DNA from: an uncultured Actinomycetota bacterium
Lineage (GTDB): Bacteria > Actinomycetota > Actinomycetes > Streptosporangiales > Streptosporangiaceae
Assembly: GCA_963719705.1 (NCBI GenBank)
Contig: CAVRCV010000012.1
Coordinates: forward strand, 4,581 to 68,580
Length of the DNA: 64,000 bases
Direction: 5' to 3'
Within the stretch, counting starts at the first letter, position 1, and each line of letters starts with the position of its first letter. The notes under the pieces are model-generated. The model did not search any database, was not told the DNA's origin, and saw only the letters and a list, made by a program, of their open reading frames with translations. Below, in pieces: positions 29,622-38,943 of the stretch. Made by a program: the position numbers and the translations under genes.

Positions 29622-31101
29622 ATGGACCTGGACTTCGCGACCGCATCCGAGCTGACGCAGGCACTGCGGGACAAGGCCGTTTCCAGCCGGGAGCTGCTGG
29701 CACACCTGACACGCCGGATCGAGCGGCACAACCAGCGGATCAACGCGATCGTGGCGCTGGATCTGGACCGGGCCGAGGCGGCCGCGGCGGCCGCCGACCA
29801 GGCCACCGCCAAGGGCCGGGCGGATGGGGCGATGCCGCCGCTGCACGGGCTGCCGATGACGGTCAAGGACGCATGGGAGACCGAGGGCCTGGTCACCACG
29901 TCGGGCGCGCCCGAGCTGGCAGATCACGTGCCGGGCAGCGACGCGCTGGCGGTGGCCCGGCTGAAGGACGCCGGGGCGATCGTCATCGGCAAGACGAACA
30001 CCCCGCTGTACGCCGGCGACGTGCAGACCTTCAACGACGTGTACGGGGTCACGAACAACCCGTGGAACCTCACCCGCACCGCGGGCGGGTCCTCCGGCGG
30101 GGCCGCGGCCGCGCTCGCGGCCGGCCTCACCCCGCTGGAGCTGGGCAGCGACATCGGCGGCTCGATCCGGAACCCGGCCCACTACAACGGGGTCTACGGG
30201 CTGAAGCCATCCTGGGGCATCGTGCCGACCCGCGGCCACATCCCCGGCCCGCCGGGCAGCCTGGTCGAGGCCGATGTCGGCACCGGCGGCCCGCTGGCCC
30301 GCAGCGTCGCCGACCTGGAGCTGGCACTTGGCGTGGTCGCCGGGCCGCTGCCCGAGGACGCGGCCGCCTGGCGGCTGGAGCTCAGGGCCGGCCCGCCGGT
30401 CAGCGACGTGTCAGGGCTGCGGGTGGCCACGGTCTTCGGCGCGGGCGACGGGCTGCTGCCGCTGGCCGGCGACGTGCGGGCCGGGCTGGAAGCCTTCGCC
30501 GGCCGGCTGGCCAGTGCCGGTGCGTCGGTGGAACCGGTGCCGCTGCCGGTGCCGCTGGCCGACGGGCTGCGTACCTGGGCGCAGCTGGTACTGCCGATCA
30601 TCGGGGTCGGCCTGCCCGACCATGAGTACGACGACTTCCTCCGGCTGGAGGCGCCGGGCCAGGCGGCGGCCAGCCCGGAGAATCCGCTGCTGCTCGCCGC
30701 GCAGTCCTTCGTCAGCCGGTACCGGACCTGGATGACCGCGCACGCGGTCCGGCAGCACCAGCGCGCCGCCTGGGCCGGGCTGCTGGAGCGCTATGACGTC
30801 GTGCTCGCCCCGGTGATGCCGACGGCGGCGTTCCCGCACGACTTCACCTCGATGCCGGACCGGCAGCAGGACATTGACGGCGTCCCGGTCCCGGCGCTGG
30901 TCACGCTGGCCTGGTGCGGCGCGATCGGAATCCGTGCTGCTGCCGGTGGTGACCCTGCCGGCCGGGCCGACTCCGGCCGGGCTGCCGACCGGGATCCAGG
31001 TCATCGGTCCCTTCCTGGGCGATCTGCGCCTGCTCCGGATCGCCGGGCTGATCGATGCGGCAGCCGGGCCCGGCTTCACGGCACCACCAGGGAGCGGCTA
31101 G
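29622..31101 (+). pseudogene. Amidase (amidase-signature family), one frame break
   Basis: MDLDFATASELTQALRDKAVSSRELL..., GLPMTVKD, GGSSGGAAAALAAG..LELGSDIGGSIRNPA (AS signature). After LAWCGAIG (~30925) the adjacent frame continues SVLLPVVTLPAGPTPAGLPTGIQVIGPF... to a stop at 31101. Alternative start ATG 29580. Confidence 0.75.
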
Positions 31102-31104
31102 AGA

Positions 31105-31482
31105 TCAGAACCGCTCGACCAGATGTGCCCGGCCGGCTGACAGCTCGTAGGGCTGCGGCCAGAAATCGGTGACCCTGGCGATCAGGCCATCCCCGTCGAA
31201 GTCGAAGAAGGCCAGGCCGGGATAGCTCTCGCCCGGCTCCGACATCTCGATCCAGCTCGCCGCCGACCGCTGGCCGGCCACGATTCGCTGGACCGCCAGG
31301 TGCCACTCGCCGGGGAAGCCCTCGGCGTTGAAGCGCAGGTACGCCGCCTTGCCGCGGACCCGCTCCCTGGTCTGCGGCGCCTCGTACACCATGTCGTCGG
31401 CGAGCAGGTGCCCGAACGCCGCCCAGTCCCTCGCCTCCGCCGCCGCCCAGTAGGCAGCCACTAGCTGCTGCGTATCGGTCAT
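31105..31482 (-). CDS. SnoaL-like / NTF2-fold protein
   Basis: 125 aa. VAAYWAAAEARDWAAFGHLLADDMVYEAPQTRERV.G..AYLRFN is the typical SnoaL_2 pattern. Confidence 0.7.
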   Translation of the reverse strand: MTDTQQLVAAYWAAAEARDWAAFGHLLADDMVYEAPQTRERVRGKAAYLRFNAEGFPGEWHLAVQRIVAGQRSAASWIEMSEPGESYPGLAFFDFDGDGLIARVTDFWPQPYELSAGRAHLVERF

Positions 31483-31762
31483 GACGGGAGGCTATCCAGC
31501 GGCACCGACAGCCCGGCCGCGCCCGGCCCAGCTAGAGCTCAGCCACTCGGCGTAGGCCGCCTCACCCTGATGACGGAGGCCCGGTTCGTGCCGAACTGGC
31601 ACTGTCCTAGCGGCGGGGTGCTCGAATCCGTGGCACGGTCCCGAACCGCCGGTATGCCTCAGCCGACAGCAAGGGAGCCGCGGCGCAGTGCCCGAACACC
31701 GACTCTCGCTCGCCATCAACGGCCGCGAGCGCCAGCTGCACAGCAAGCTGGTCGCCTTTGAG

Positions 31763-33067
31763 ATGCCTGCCCCTGGCTCAGGTAACGGGAACGCCGGCGG
31801 GCATCCGGGCACCGCATGGTCGGCCGCGATCGTGGGCCTCGGCTACGTCGGCCTGCCGACGGCGGTAGCCCTGCACGGGCAGTGCCCGGAGATCATCGGA
31901 ATCGACATCAGCCAGCAGCGGCTAGCGGACATCTCCGCGCGCCGCGCCGACATCACGGCCTCCTATCAGTCGTCCCTGGACGCCGCGCTGGCGGACGGTG
32001 CTATGCGGCTGACCAGTGACCCTGCCGCCGTCGCCGGGGCCGATGCCGTGATCATCTGCGTGCCTACCCCGGTCGACTCCGATCACGTGCCCGAGGTGTC
32101 GGCGCTACGCAGCGCGTGCGCGGAGGTCGCCGCGCACGCCCGCGAGGGCCAGACCATCATCCTGACCTCGACCAGCTTCGTCGGCACCACCAGGGAGCTG
32201 ATCGCCGAGCCGCTCAAGCAGCGCGGGCTACGGGTGGGAACGGACGTATTCGTCGCCTTCAGCCCGGAGCGGATCGACCCTGGCAACCACGATCACCGCC
32301 AGGAGGAGACCCCGCGCGTGGTCGGCGGCGTCACCCCGGAGTGCAGCGCACGGGCAGCCTGGGTGATCCGGCACCTGACCGATGTCGTGTACCTGGTCAG
32401 CTCGCCGGAGGCGGCCGAGGCGACCAAGCTGTACGAGAACATCTTCCGGGCGGTCAGCCTGGCGCTCGCCAACGAGTTCGCCGATGCCTGCGGAGCGCTG
32501 CAGCTGGACCCCATCGAGGTGACCCTGGCTGCCGGGACCAAGCCCTACGGGTTCCTTGGCGCCTTCCCGGGACCGGGCGTGGGCGGGCACTGCATCCCGT
32601 GTGACCCCTATTACCTGCTCTGGCAGCTGAACCAGCAGGACCGCCCATCGCCGCTGATAGAGCAGGCGATGCGATCGATCGCCGGGCGCCCGGACCGGGT
32701 AGCCGAGCGGGGCGCCGAGCTGCTGGCGCAGGCCGGACGGCCGCTGAGCGGTGCCAGGGTGCTCGTCATCGGGGTCAGCTACAAGGCGGGCGTGCAGGAC
32801 CTGCGCGAGTCCCCGGCGCTGCCGCTCATCGCCGGGCTGATCCGCCGGGGCGCCGATGTGCACTACTACGACCCGCTGATCCCGGAGGTCCGGCTGGACG
32901 ACGGCCGGCTGATCCGCAGCGAACCGGACCCCGCTGGCGCCGGCTGGGACCTGGCAGTGATCCACACACTGCACCCGGGTGTCGACTACTCGTGGGCGCA
33001 GGACTGCCCGCTGCTGCTCGACGCCACCTATCAGTTCGACGCCGTACCGCATCGCGCGGTGGTCTGA
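31763..33067 (+). CDS. Nucleotide-sugar dehydrogenase (UDP-N-acetyl-hexosamine dehydrogenase type)
   Basis: IVGLGYVGLPTAVAL Rossmann motif, KLYENIFRAVSLALANE, GPGVGGHCIPCDPYYL (WecC/Cap5O/WbpA-type catalytic Cys motif rather than the UGDH type). The ATG 31763 start is inferred. Confidence 0.8.
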   Translation: MPAPGSGNGNAGGHPGTAWSAAIVGLGYVGLPTAVALHGQCPEIIGIDISQQRLADISARRADITASYQSSLDAALADGAMRLTSDPAAVAGADAVIICVPTPVDSDHVPEVSALRSACAEVAAHAREGQTIILTSTSFVGTTRELIAEPLKQRGLRVGTDVFVAFSPERIDPGNHDHRQEETPRVVGGVTPECSARAAWVIRHLTDVVYLVSSPEAAEATKLYENIFRAVSLALANEFADACGALQLDPIEVTLAAGTKPYGFLGAFPGPGVGGHCIPCDPYYLLWQLNQQDRPSPLIEQAMRSIAGRPDRVAERGAELLAQAGRPLSGARVLVIGVSYKAGVQDLRESPALPLIAGLIRRGADVHYYDPLIPEVRLDDGRLIRSEPDPAGAGWDLAVIHTLHPGVDYSWAQDCPLLLDATYQFDAVPHRAVV

Positions 33068-34439
33068 TGAGCAGGTCGGTGGCGGCCGGTGAGTTCCCCC
33101 GCGGCGATACGAGCACGCCGGCGGTGGTGCTGAAGTTCGACCAGAACGTCATGCACCACGGCGGACTCGGGGTCATCCGGAGCCTCGGGCGGCTGGGCGT
33201 GCCGGTGTACGGCGTGCATGAGGAGCCCTGGGCCCCGGCCGCGAGCTCCCGGTACCTCAGCGGCCGCTATTACTGGCGGCCCAGCCTCGCCGACACCGGC
33301 CGGGTGCTGGCGGGTCTGCAGCTGCTGGCCCGGCGGATCGGCAGCCCGGCCGTGCTGATCCCCACCGATGACGCCGGCTCGATCTTCCTCGCTGAGCACG
33401 GCGGTGAGCTGCGGGAGTCCTTCCTGTTCCCGGATCCTCCGCCGGCCTGCCCCGGCGCCTGGCCGGCAAGTTCTCGCTGTACCAGCTCTGCCGCCAGCTT
33501 GGCGTGCCGTGCCCGCGGGCCGCCATGCCGGAGTCCCTGGCCGCGGCACGGGAATTCGCGGCCGACAGCGGTTACCCGCTGATCGCCAAGCTGGCCACCC
33601 CGTGGCGCGGCGGCGGGCAGCTGCGCAGCACCTCGATCGTGGCGGACGCAGCCGGGCTGGACCGGGTCTACCAGGCCAGCGAGCGGGGCAAGGCCGGCCT
33701 GATGCTGCAGGAATTCGTGCCCGGCGGGCCCGGCGACGACTGGTTCTTCCACGGCTACTGCGACGCGGGCTCGGCCTGCAGGCCGGCCTTCACCGGGGTC
33801 AAGGAGCGGTCCTACCCGGCGCACGCGGGGCTGACCTGCCTGGGCCGCTCGGTCCCGAACCCCCCGCTGCGGGCGGCGATGAGCAGCCTGCTGAAGCGGC
33901 TGTCCTATCGCGGGATCGTGGACCTCGACCTGCGGTTCGACGCCAGGGACGGCGAGTACAAGCTGCTCGACTTCAACCCCCGGCTCGGCGCGCAGTTCCG
34001 GCTCTTCACCGACAGCGCGGGCGTCGATGTCGCCAGGGCCCAGTACCTCGACCTGACCGGGAGCGCGATTCCCGAGGGCGAACAGCTTGCCGGGGGCGGC
34101 TTCCTGGTCGAGAACTACGACCCGATCGGCGCGCTCGGCTACTGGCGCAGTGGTGAGCTCGGGCTCCGGTCCTGGGCCGCCTCGCTGCGCACCGTCGACG
34201 AGACCGCCTGGTTCGCCAGCGACGACCTGCGGCCGTTCGGGCTGATGTGCCTGCGCATGGGCTGGCGGATGGCGACCCGCCGGCTCGCTCGCCGGGAGCG
34301 TCCTGGTCACCGGTCCGAGCCCAGGTACGCGGCCGGCCGGGCCGTCCGGCCTGCGCCAGGCGCGCCGCGCCAGCTGGCCGGGGTCATGAACGGGCGGCCA
34401 GCTGTGCCGCACCGAAACAGGGAGGGGACACGAGCATGA
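33067..34439 (+). pseudogene. ATP-grasp family carboxylate-amine ligase (COG3919-like), one frame break
   Basis: ATG overlaps the upstream stop (TGATG). N-terminus PAVVLKFDQNVMHHGGLGVIRSLGRLGVPVYGV. After FPDPP (~33440) the adjacent frame gives AGLPRRLAGKFSLYQLCRQLGVPCP...GYPLIAKL...LMLQEFVPG...IVDLDLRFDARDGEYKLLDFNPR (ATP-grasp core). Confidence 0.65.
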
Positions 34440-35668
34440 GCGAGACCATCGACGTGGCCGTCGTGGGAGCCGGGCCTTACGGCCTGTCGGTTGCCGCGCA
34501 CCTGCGGGCGGCCGGAATTGGCTTCCGCCAGTTCGGCCTGCCGATGCGGCTGTGGCGGGCGGCGATGCCGCGCGGGATGTTCCTCAAGTCGCAGGGCTTC
34601 GCCTCGAACCTGTCCGACCCGTCCGGCCAGCACACGCTGGAAGCCTTCTGCCAGGCCACCGGCCGGCCGTATGCCAGCTACGGGCTGCCGGTGCCGCTCG
34701 ACACCTTCGTCAGCTACGGCCAGTGGTTCCAGGACGAGCTTGTTCCCGATCTCGAAGAGGTGCTGGTCACCGACCTGGTCCGGACCGGCGGCCAGTACGA
34801 GCTGAGCCTGGCCGACTCCGGCCAGGTGCGGGCCCGCAACGTGGTCATCGCCGCCGGGGTGGAGCACTTCGCCTACCTGCCGAAGCAGCTGTCCGGGCTG
34901 TCCGGCTCGGTCTGCACGCACAGCAGCGCCCATGCTGACCTGGGCAGCTTCCGCGGCCAGAGCGTGGCAGTGGTCGGCGCCGGCCAGTCGGCGCTTGAGT
35001 CAGCGGCGCTGCTGCACGAAACCGGGGCGAACGTGCAGCTGCTGGCCAGAACGCGGAACCTGGCCTGGAACGGGCAGCCCCTGGACCCGGACCGCCCGTT
35101 CCTGCAGCGGATGCGGGAGCCCGAGGCCGGGCTCGGCTCGGGCTGGAACACCTGGTTCTACTCCAACCAGCCGGGCATGTTCCGGCACCTGCCCTCCTCC
35201 ACCCGGCAGCGCCGGGCCAGGACCGCACTCGGGCCGGCCGGCGCCTGCTGGCTGCGCAGCCGGGTCACGGGCCAGTTTCCCGTGCTGCTCGGCCATTCGC
35301 TGCAGTGGGCCAGGGAGCAGGACGGCGGGGTACGGCTCGGCGTCACCGGACCGGAAGGGGCCTACCGGGAGGTGGCCGCCGATCACGTCATCGCGGCCAC
35401 CGGCTTCCGCCCCGACCTGCGGCGGCTGGCGTTCCTGAACGACCAGCTCCGCGCGCAGCTGCGGGTCACCGGTACCACGCCGGCCGTCGGGCGCGACTAC
35501 CAGTCCTCGGTCCCCGGCCTTTACTTCGTCGGTCCGGCCGTGGCGCCGACCTTCGGGCCGGTGATGCGCTTTGTCTACGGCTCCGGGCACGCGGCGACCG
35601 TGGTGGCAGGCCGGCTGGCCGGCACCACGGGCAGCAGGCAGCGCGCCGTGGTCGGAGCGCGCCGGTGA
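34436..35668 (+). CDS. FAD/NAD(P)-binding oxidoreductase (flavin monooxygenase-like, two dinucleotide folds)
   Basis: ATGA overlap with the upstream gene. DVAVVGAGPYGLS (GxGxxG) and VAVVGAGQSALESA (second GxGxxG), ATGFRPD, LYFVGP. Confidence 0.65.
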   Translation: MSETIDVAVVGAGPYGLSVAAHLRAAGIGFRQFGLPMRLWRAAMPRGMFLKSQGFASNLSDPSGQHTLEAFCQATGRPYASYGLPVPLDTFVSYGQWFQDELVPDLEEVLVTDLVRTGGQYELSLADSGQVRARNVVIAAGVEHFAYLPKQLSGLSGSVCTHSSAHADLGSFRGQSVAVVGAGQSALESAALLHETGANVQLLARTRNLAWNGQPLDPDRPFLQRMREPEAGLGSGWNTWFYSNQPGMFRHLPSSTRQRRARTALGPAGACWLRSRVTGQFPVLLGHSLQWAREQDGGVRLGVTGPEGAYREVAADHVIAATGFRPDLRRLAFLNDQLRAQLRVTGTTPAVGRDYQSSVPGLYFVGPAVAPTFGPVMRFVYGSGHAATVVAGRLAGTTGSRQRAVVGARR

Positions 35669-37052
35669 CAATAGCGCAGTACGCACCGAGCCGGGAGAGC
35701 GCGGACGCACCCGTTTCCGTCGCGCTGCCGCGGGCCGGAACTGGCCGGCCGCCAGCGCGATCGTGGCCGCTGCCGCGCTGCCGCTGGCCGACCTGCTCGG
35801 CCTGACCGCCGCGTACGCCGTGGCGGGCAGGCTCGGCTGGCCGACCACGGCGTACGTGCTGGCCGTGCTGGCCGTGCTGGCCGCGAGCGGATTGCACCGG
35901 CTGCGGATCTGCCTGCGGGTGTCCGATCAGGCCGGGCGGATCGCGGCCGCTGCCGCGCTGCCGCTGCTGGTCCTGCTGGCCTGGCTGCCGGCGGCGCTCG
36001 CCCTGCGGCTGGCGCTGTCGTCCGCCGCGGCAGTGATCTTCTTCCGCTGCCTGTGCTGCGCCGCACTGCGGGCCGCCCACCGGCGCGGCCTGCTGACCGA
36101 GGCAGCCCTGGTGGTCGGGGCCGACCCGGTCGGCGTGCAGCTGGCCGGCCTGCTGCGCGACCACCCCGAGCTCGGCCTGCGGCCGGTTGGCTTCCTCGAT
36201 AACTGGCCGTCCGGCGGGCCGCTGCCGCTGCCGCTTCTCGGCCGCCCCGCCGATCTAGCCGCGGTGGTGGCCGACAGGCACGTCCGGCGGGTCATCGTGT
36301 GCTTCCCGGCGGGAGCCGACGAGGACCTGGTGACGGTGCTGCGGGCCTGCCGGCCGCTGCCCGCCGACGTCTGCCTGGTAGCCCGGCTGCACGAGCTGGG
36401 CGCGGCTGTCCCCCGCGCCTGCCTGGACGAGGCATGGGGTATCCCGCTTGTCCCGCTGCGGCGGCTCGGGCAGGCCCCGGCCTGGCGCTGGCAGAAGCGT
36501 GCCTTCGACGTCTGCGTCGCGGCCGTGCTGCTCGCCCTGCTCGCTCCGGTACTCGCGGTGCTCGCCGCGGCGGTCCGGCTGCGGTCCGGTAGCCCGGTGC
36601 TGTTCCGGCAGGTCCGGCGCACCGGCCGGGGACGGTGCGCGCCGATCCTGAAGCTGCGCACCCTTGACCCGCATGCCGACCCGGATACCCGCTGGTCAGT
36701 GCCCGGGCAGCGATGCTCGGCGCTGGGCCGGTGGCTGCGCGGCACGCACCTCGACGAGCTGCCTCAGCTGGTGAACGTGCTGCGCGGGCAGATGTCGCTG
36801 GTGGGGCCGCGGCCCGAGCGGCCCTACTTCGCCGACCGCTTCAGCCAGCAGATCCCTGGCTACCGCGACCGGGACCGGATGCCCGCCGGGATCACCGGAT
36901 GGGCGCAGGTGCACGGGCTGCACGGTGATACCTCGATCCTGGACCGGGTCCGGTTCGATAACCAGTACATCGAGTACTGGTCACCCTGGCTGGACCTGGT
37001 CATCCTGGCCCGGACACTGACCTCGGCCGCCCCGGCCCGGGGGCGGCGATGA
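35571..37052 (+). CDS. Polyprenyl-phosphate glycosyl-1-phosphate (sugar) transferase, WbaP/EpsB-like
   Basis: N-terminal TM block, central Rossmann-like region, C-terminus KRAFDVCVA..LLAPV..., DELPQLVNVLRGQMSLVGPRPERP, GITGWAQV (bacterial sugar transferase signature). The true start is uncertain (overlaps the upstream gene by ~100 nt if 35571). Confidence 0.8.
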   Translation: MSTAPGTRRPWWQAGWPAPRAAGSAPWSERAGDNSAVRTEPGERGRTRFRRAAAGRNWPAASAIVAAAALPLADLLGLTAAYAVAGRLGWPTTAYVLAVLAVLAASGLHRLRICLRVSDQAGRIAAAAALPLLVLLAWLPAALALRLALSSAAAVIFFRCLCCAALRAAHRRGLLTEAALVVGADPVGVQLAGLLRDHPELGLRPVGFLDNWPSGGPLPLPLLGRPADLAAVVADRHVRRVIVCFPAGADEDLVTVLRACRPLPADVCLVARLHELGAAVPRACLDEAWGIPLVPLRRLGQAPAWRWQKRAFDVCVAAVLLALLAPVLAVLAAAVRLRSGSPVLFRQVRRTGRGRCAPILKLRTLDPHADPDTRWSVPGQRCSALGRWLRGTHLDELPQLVNVLRGQMSLVGPRPERPYFADRFSQQIPGYRDRDRMPAGITGWAQVHGLHGDTSILDRVRFDNQYIEYWSPWLDLVILARTLTSAAPARGRR

Positions 37053-37822
37053 CCGTGCCCAGCGGGCGGCCAGCCGCCCGCCCGCCCGCCGACACCCGGC
37101 TCAGCCTGCGCGCCGTGCCGCTGATCCTGATGTACCACGCGATCGCGGAGCCCTCCGAGGATCCGCACCAGCTGGCGGTGTCACCGGCCAGGTTCGCCGA
37201 GCAGATGGACTGGCTGGCCCGCAGCGGCCTGCGCGGAGTCGGCGTGGCGGAACTGCTCGACGCGATCCGGGCCGGCCGCCAGCGCCGGCTCGTCGGCATC
37301 ACGTTCGACGACGGCTACTCCAGCGTGCTCGACGCCGCGCTGCCGGTGCTGCAGCGGCACGGCTTCGGCGCCACCGTGTTCGTCATATCGGATCTGCTCG
37401 GCGGCACCAACGAGTGGGACCAGGGTCCGTCCTGGCGGCTTCTCGACAGCGCCGGCGTCGGCGCGCTGGCCAGCGCGGGCATCGAGATCGGCTCGCACGG
37501 CGCGACCCACGTCCGGCTGGCCGGGGCCGCGGCCGACCTGCTCAGGGCGGAGGTGCACGGGAGCCTCGGCACGCTCGGCCTGCTGGCCGGCACCGAGGTC
37601 CGCGGGTTCGCCTACCCGTACGGCTCGATGGACGCCGCCGCGCGGCAGGCCGTGGCTGAGGCCGGCTACGCCTATGGCTGCGCGGTGGCGGCATCGCGTG
37701 CCCAGCTGGGCCTCATGGCACTACCGCGGGTTTACGTCGGCCAGCGCGACAGCGCCGCGCGCCTGGCCGCCAAGCGCCGCCTGTATCGCGGCCGGATCGC
37801 ATTGCGAGGAGAGCGCCAGTGA
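37049..37822 (+). CDS. Polysaccharide deacetylase (CE4/NodB homology)
   Basis: ATGA overlap with the upstream gene. LMYHAI, GITFDDGYSSV (canonical TFDDG), IGSHGATH, FAYPYG. Confidence 0.8.
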   Translation: MTVPSGRPAARPPADTRLSLRAVPLILMYHAIAEPSEDPHQLAVSPARFAEQMDWLARSGLRGVGVAELLDAIRAGRQRRLVGITFDDGYSSVLDAALPVLQRHGFGATVFVISDLLGGTNEWDQGPSWRLLDSAGVGALASAGIEIGSHGATHVRLAGAAADLLRAEVHGSLGTLGLLAGTEVRGFAYPYGSMDAAARQAVAEAGYAYGCAVAASRAQLGLMALPRVYVGQRDSAARLAAKRRLYRGRIALRGERQ

Positions 37823-38943
37823 AAGTCCTGCATGTCATCACGGGCCTCGGCGTCGGCGGCGCCGAGCTGCAGCTATGGTCGGTGCTCCGGCATTCCCGCC
37901 ATGCGGCCGACGTCGTGACGCTGTACAACCCCGGCCCGGTCGCCGAGCGGCTGCACGGCGACGGAGTGCACGTCCGCGACCTCGGGATGCAGCGCAATAC
38001 GCAGCTGGCCGCGCTGCCCAGGCTCCGCCGGATCATCAGCGACGGCGGCTATGACGTCGTGCACACCCACCTGTACCGGGCGCAGATCTACGCCCGCCCG
38101 GCGGCGCGGCTGGCCCGCACGCCCGCCGTGGTGACGACCGAGCACTCGATCGGCGAGACGCACATCGAGCGGCGCAAGATGACCGCGGGAGTCCGCGCCC
38201 TGTACCTGGCCACCGACTACCTGTGCTGCGACGCGACCATCGCGGTGTCCGACGCGGTGCGCGACCGGCTGGCCAAGTGGGGCGTTCCGGCCAGGAAGAT
38301 CACCGTCATCCCGAACGGGGTGGACTTCAGCCGGGCCGCCTTCGACCCGCAGGCCAGGACGCGGATCCGCGCCGAGTTTGACATACCGCCCGGCGCGTTC
38401 GTCGTCGGCGTGCTTGGCCGCCTGGATCCGATCAAGCGCTACCACATGGTGATCGAGGCCGTGGCCCCGATGCTGGACCGCGAGCACAAGCTGCTCATCG
38501 TCGGGGACGGGGACGAGCGCGCGCACCTGGAGGAGGTCGCCCGCGCGCACGATGTCAAGGATGACGTGATCTTCGCCGGCGAGCGGCACGACATCGGCGC
38601 GATGCTCTCGGCGCTCGACCTGTTCGTCGCCTCGTCCTCGCAGGAGACCTTCGGGCTTTCCGTGCTCGAGGCGCTCGCCAACGGCCTGCCGGCCCTGTAC
38701 ACCGCCTGCCCGGCCCTGGACGATGTGCCGACCGCGCGGGCGCGCAAGGTGGCGGGCACGCCGGAGGCGCTGCGGGCCGAGATCGCGGCGGTGATGGCGG
38801 CGCCGCTCCCGCCGCGGGAGCCCGCGCCGGAAGTGCAGGAGAACTATGGCATTGAGGCGGTGGCCGGCCGGATTGACGACCTCTACGAGGGCCTGGTCGC
38901 CAGGCCGGGCCGCCGCGGTACCAAGGCGGCCGCCCGTCGATGA
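37819..38943 (+). CDS. Glycosyltransferase family 4 (GT-B)
   Basis: GTGA overlap with the upstream gene. MKVLHVITGLGVGGAE, C-terminal FVASSSQETFGLSVLEALANGLP (E..7E-type motif). Confidence 0.8.
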   Translation: MKVLHVITGLGVGGAELQLWSVLRHSRHAADVVTLYNPGPVAERLHGDGVHVRDLGMQRNTQLAALPRLRRIISDGGYDVVHTHLYRAQIYARPAARLARTPAVVTTEHSIGETHIERRKMTAGVRALYLATDYLCCDATIAVSDAVRDRLAKWGVPARKITVIPNGVDFSRAAFDPQARTRIRAEFDIPPGAFVVGVLGRLDPIKRYHMVIEAVAPMLDREHKLLIVGDGDERAHLEEVARAHDVKDDVIFAGERHDIGAMLSALDLFVASSSQETFGLSVLEALANGLPALYTACPALDDVPTARARKVAGTPEALRAEIAAVMAAPLPPREPAPEVQENYGIEAVAGRIDDLYEGLVARPGRRGTKAAARR

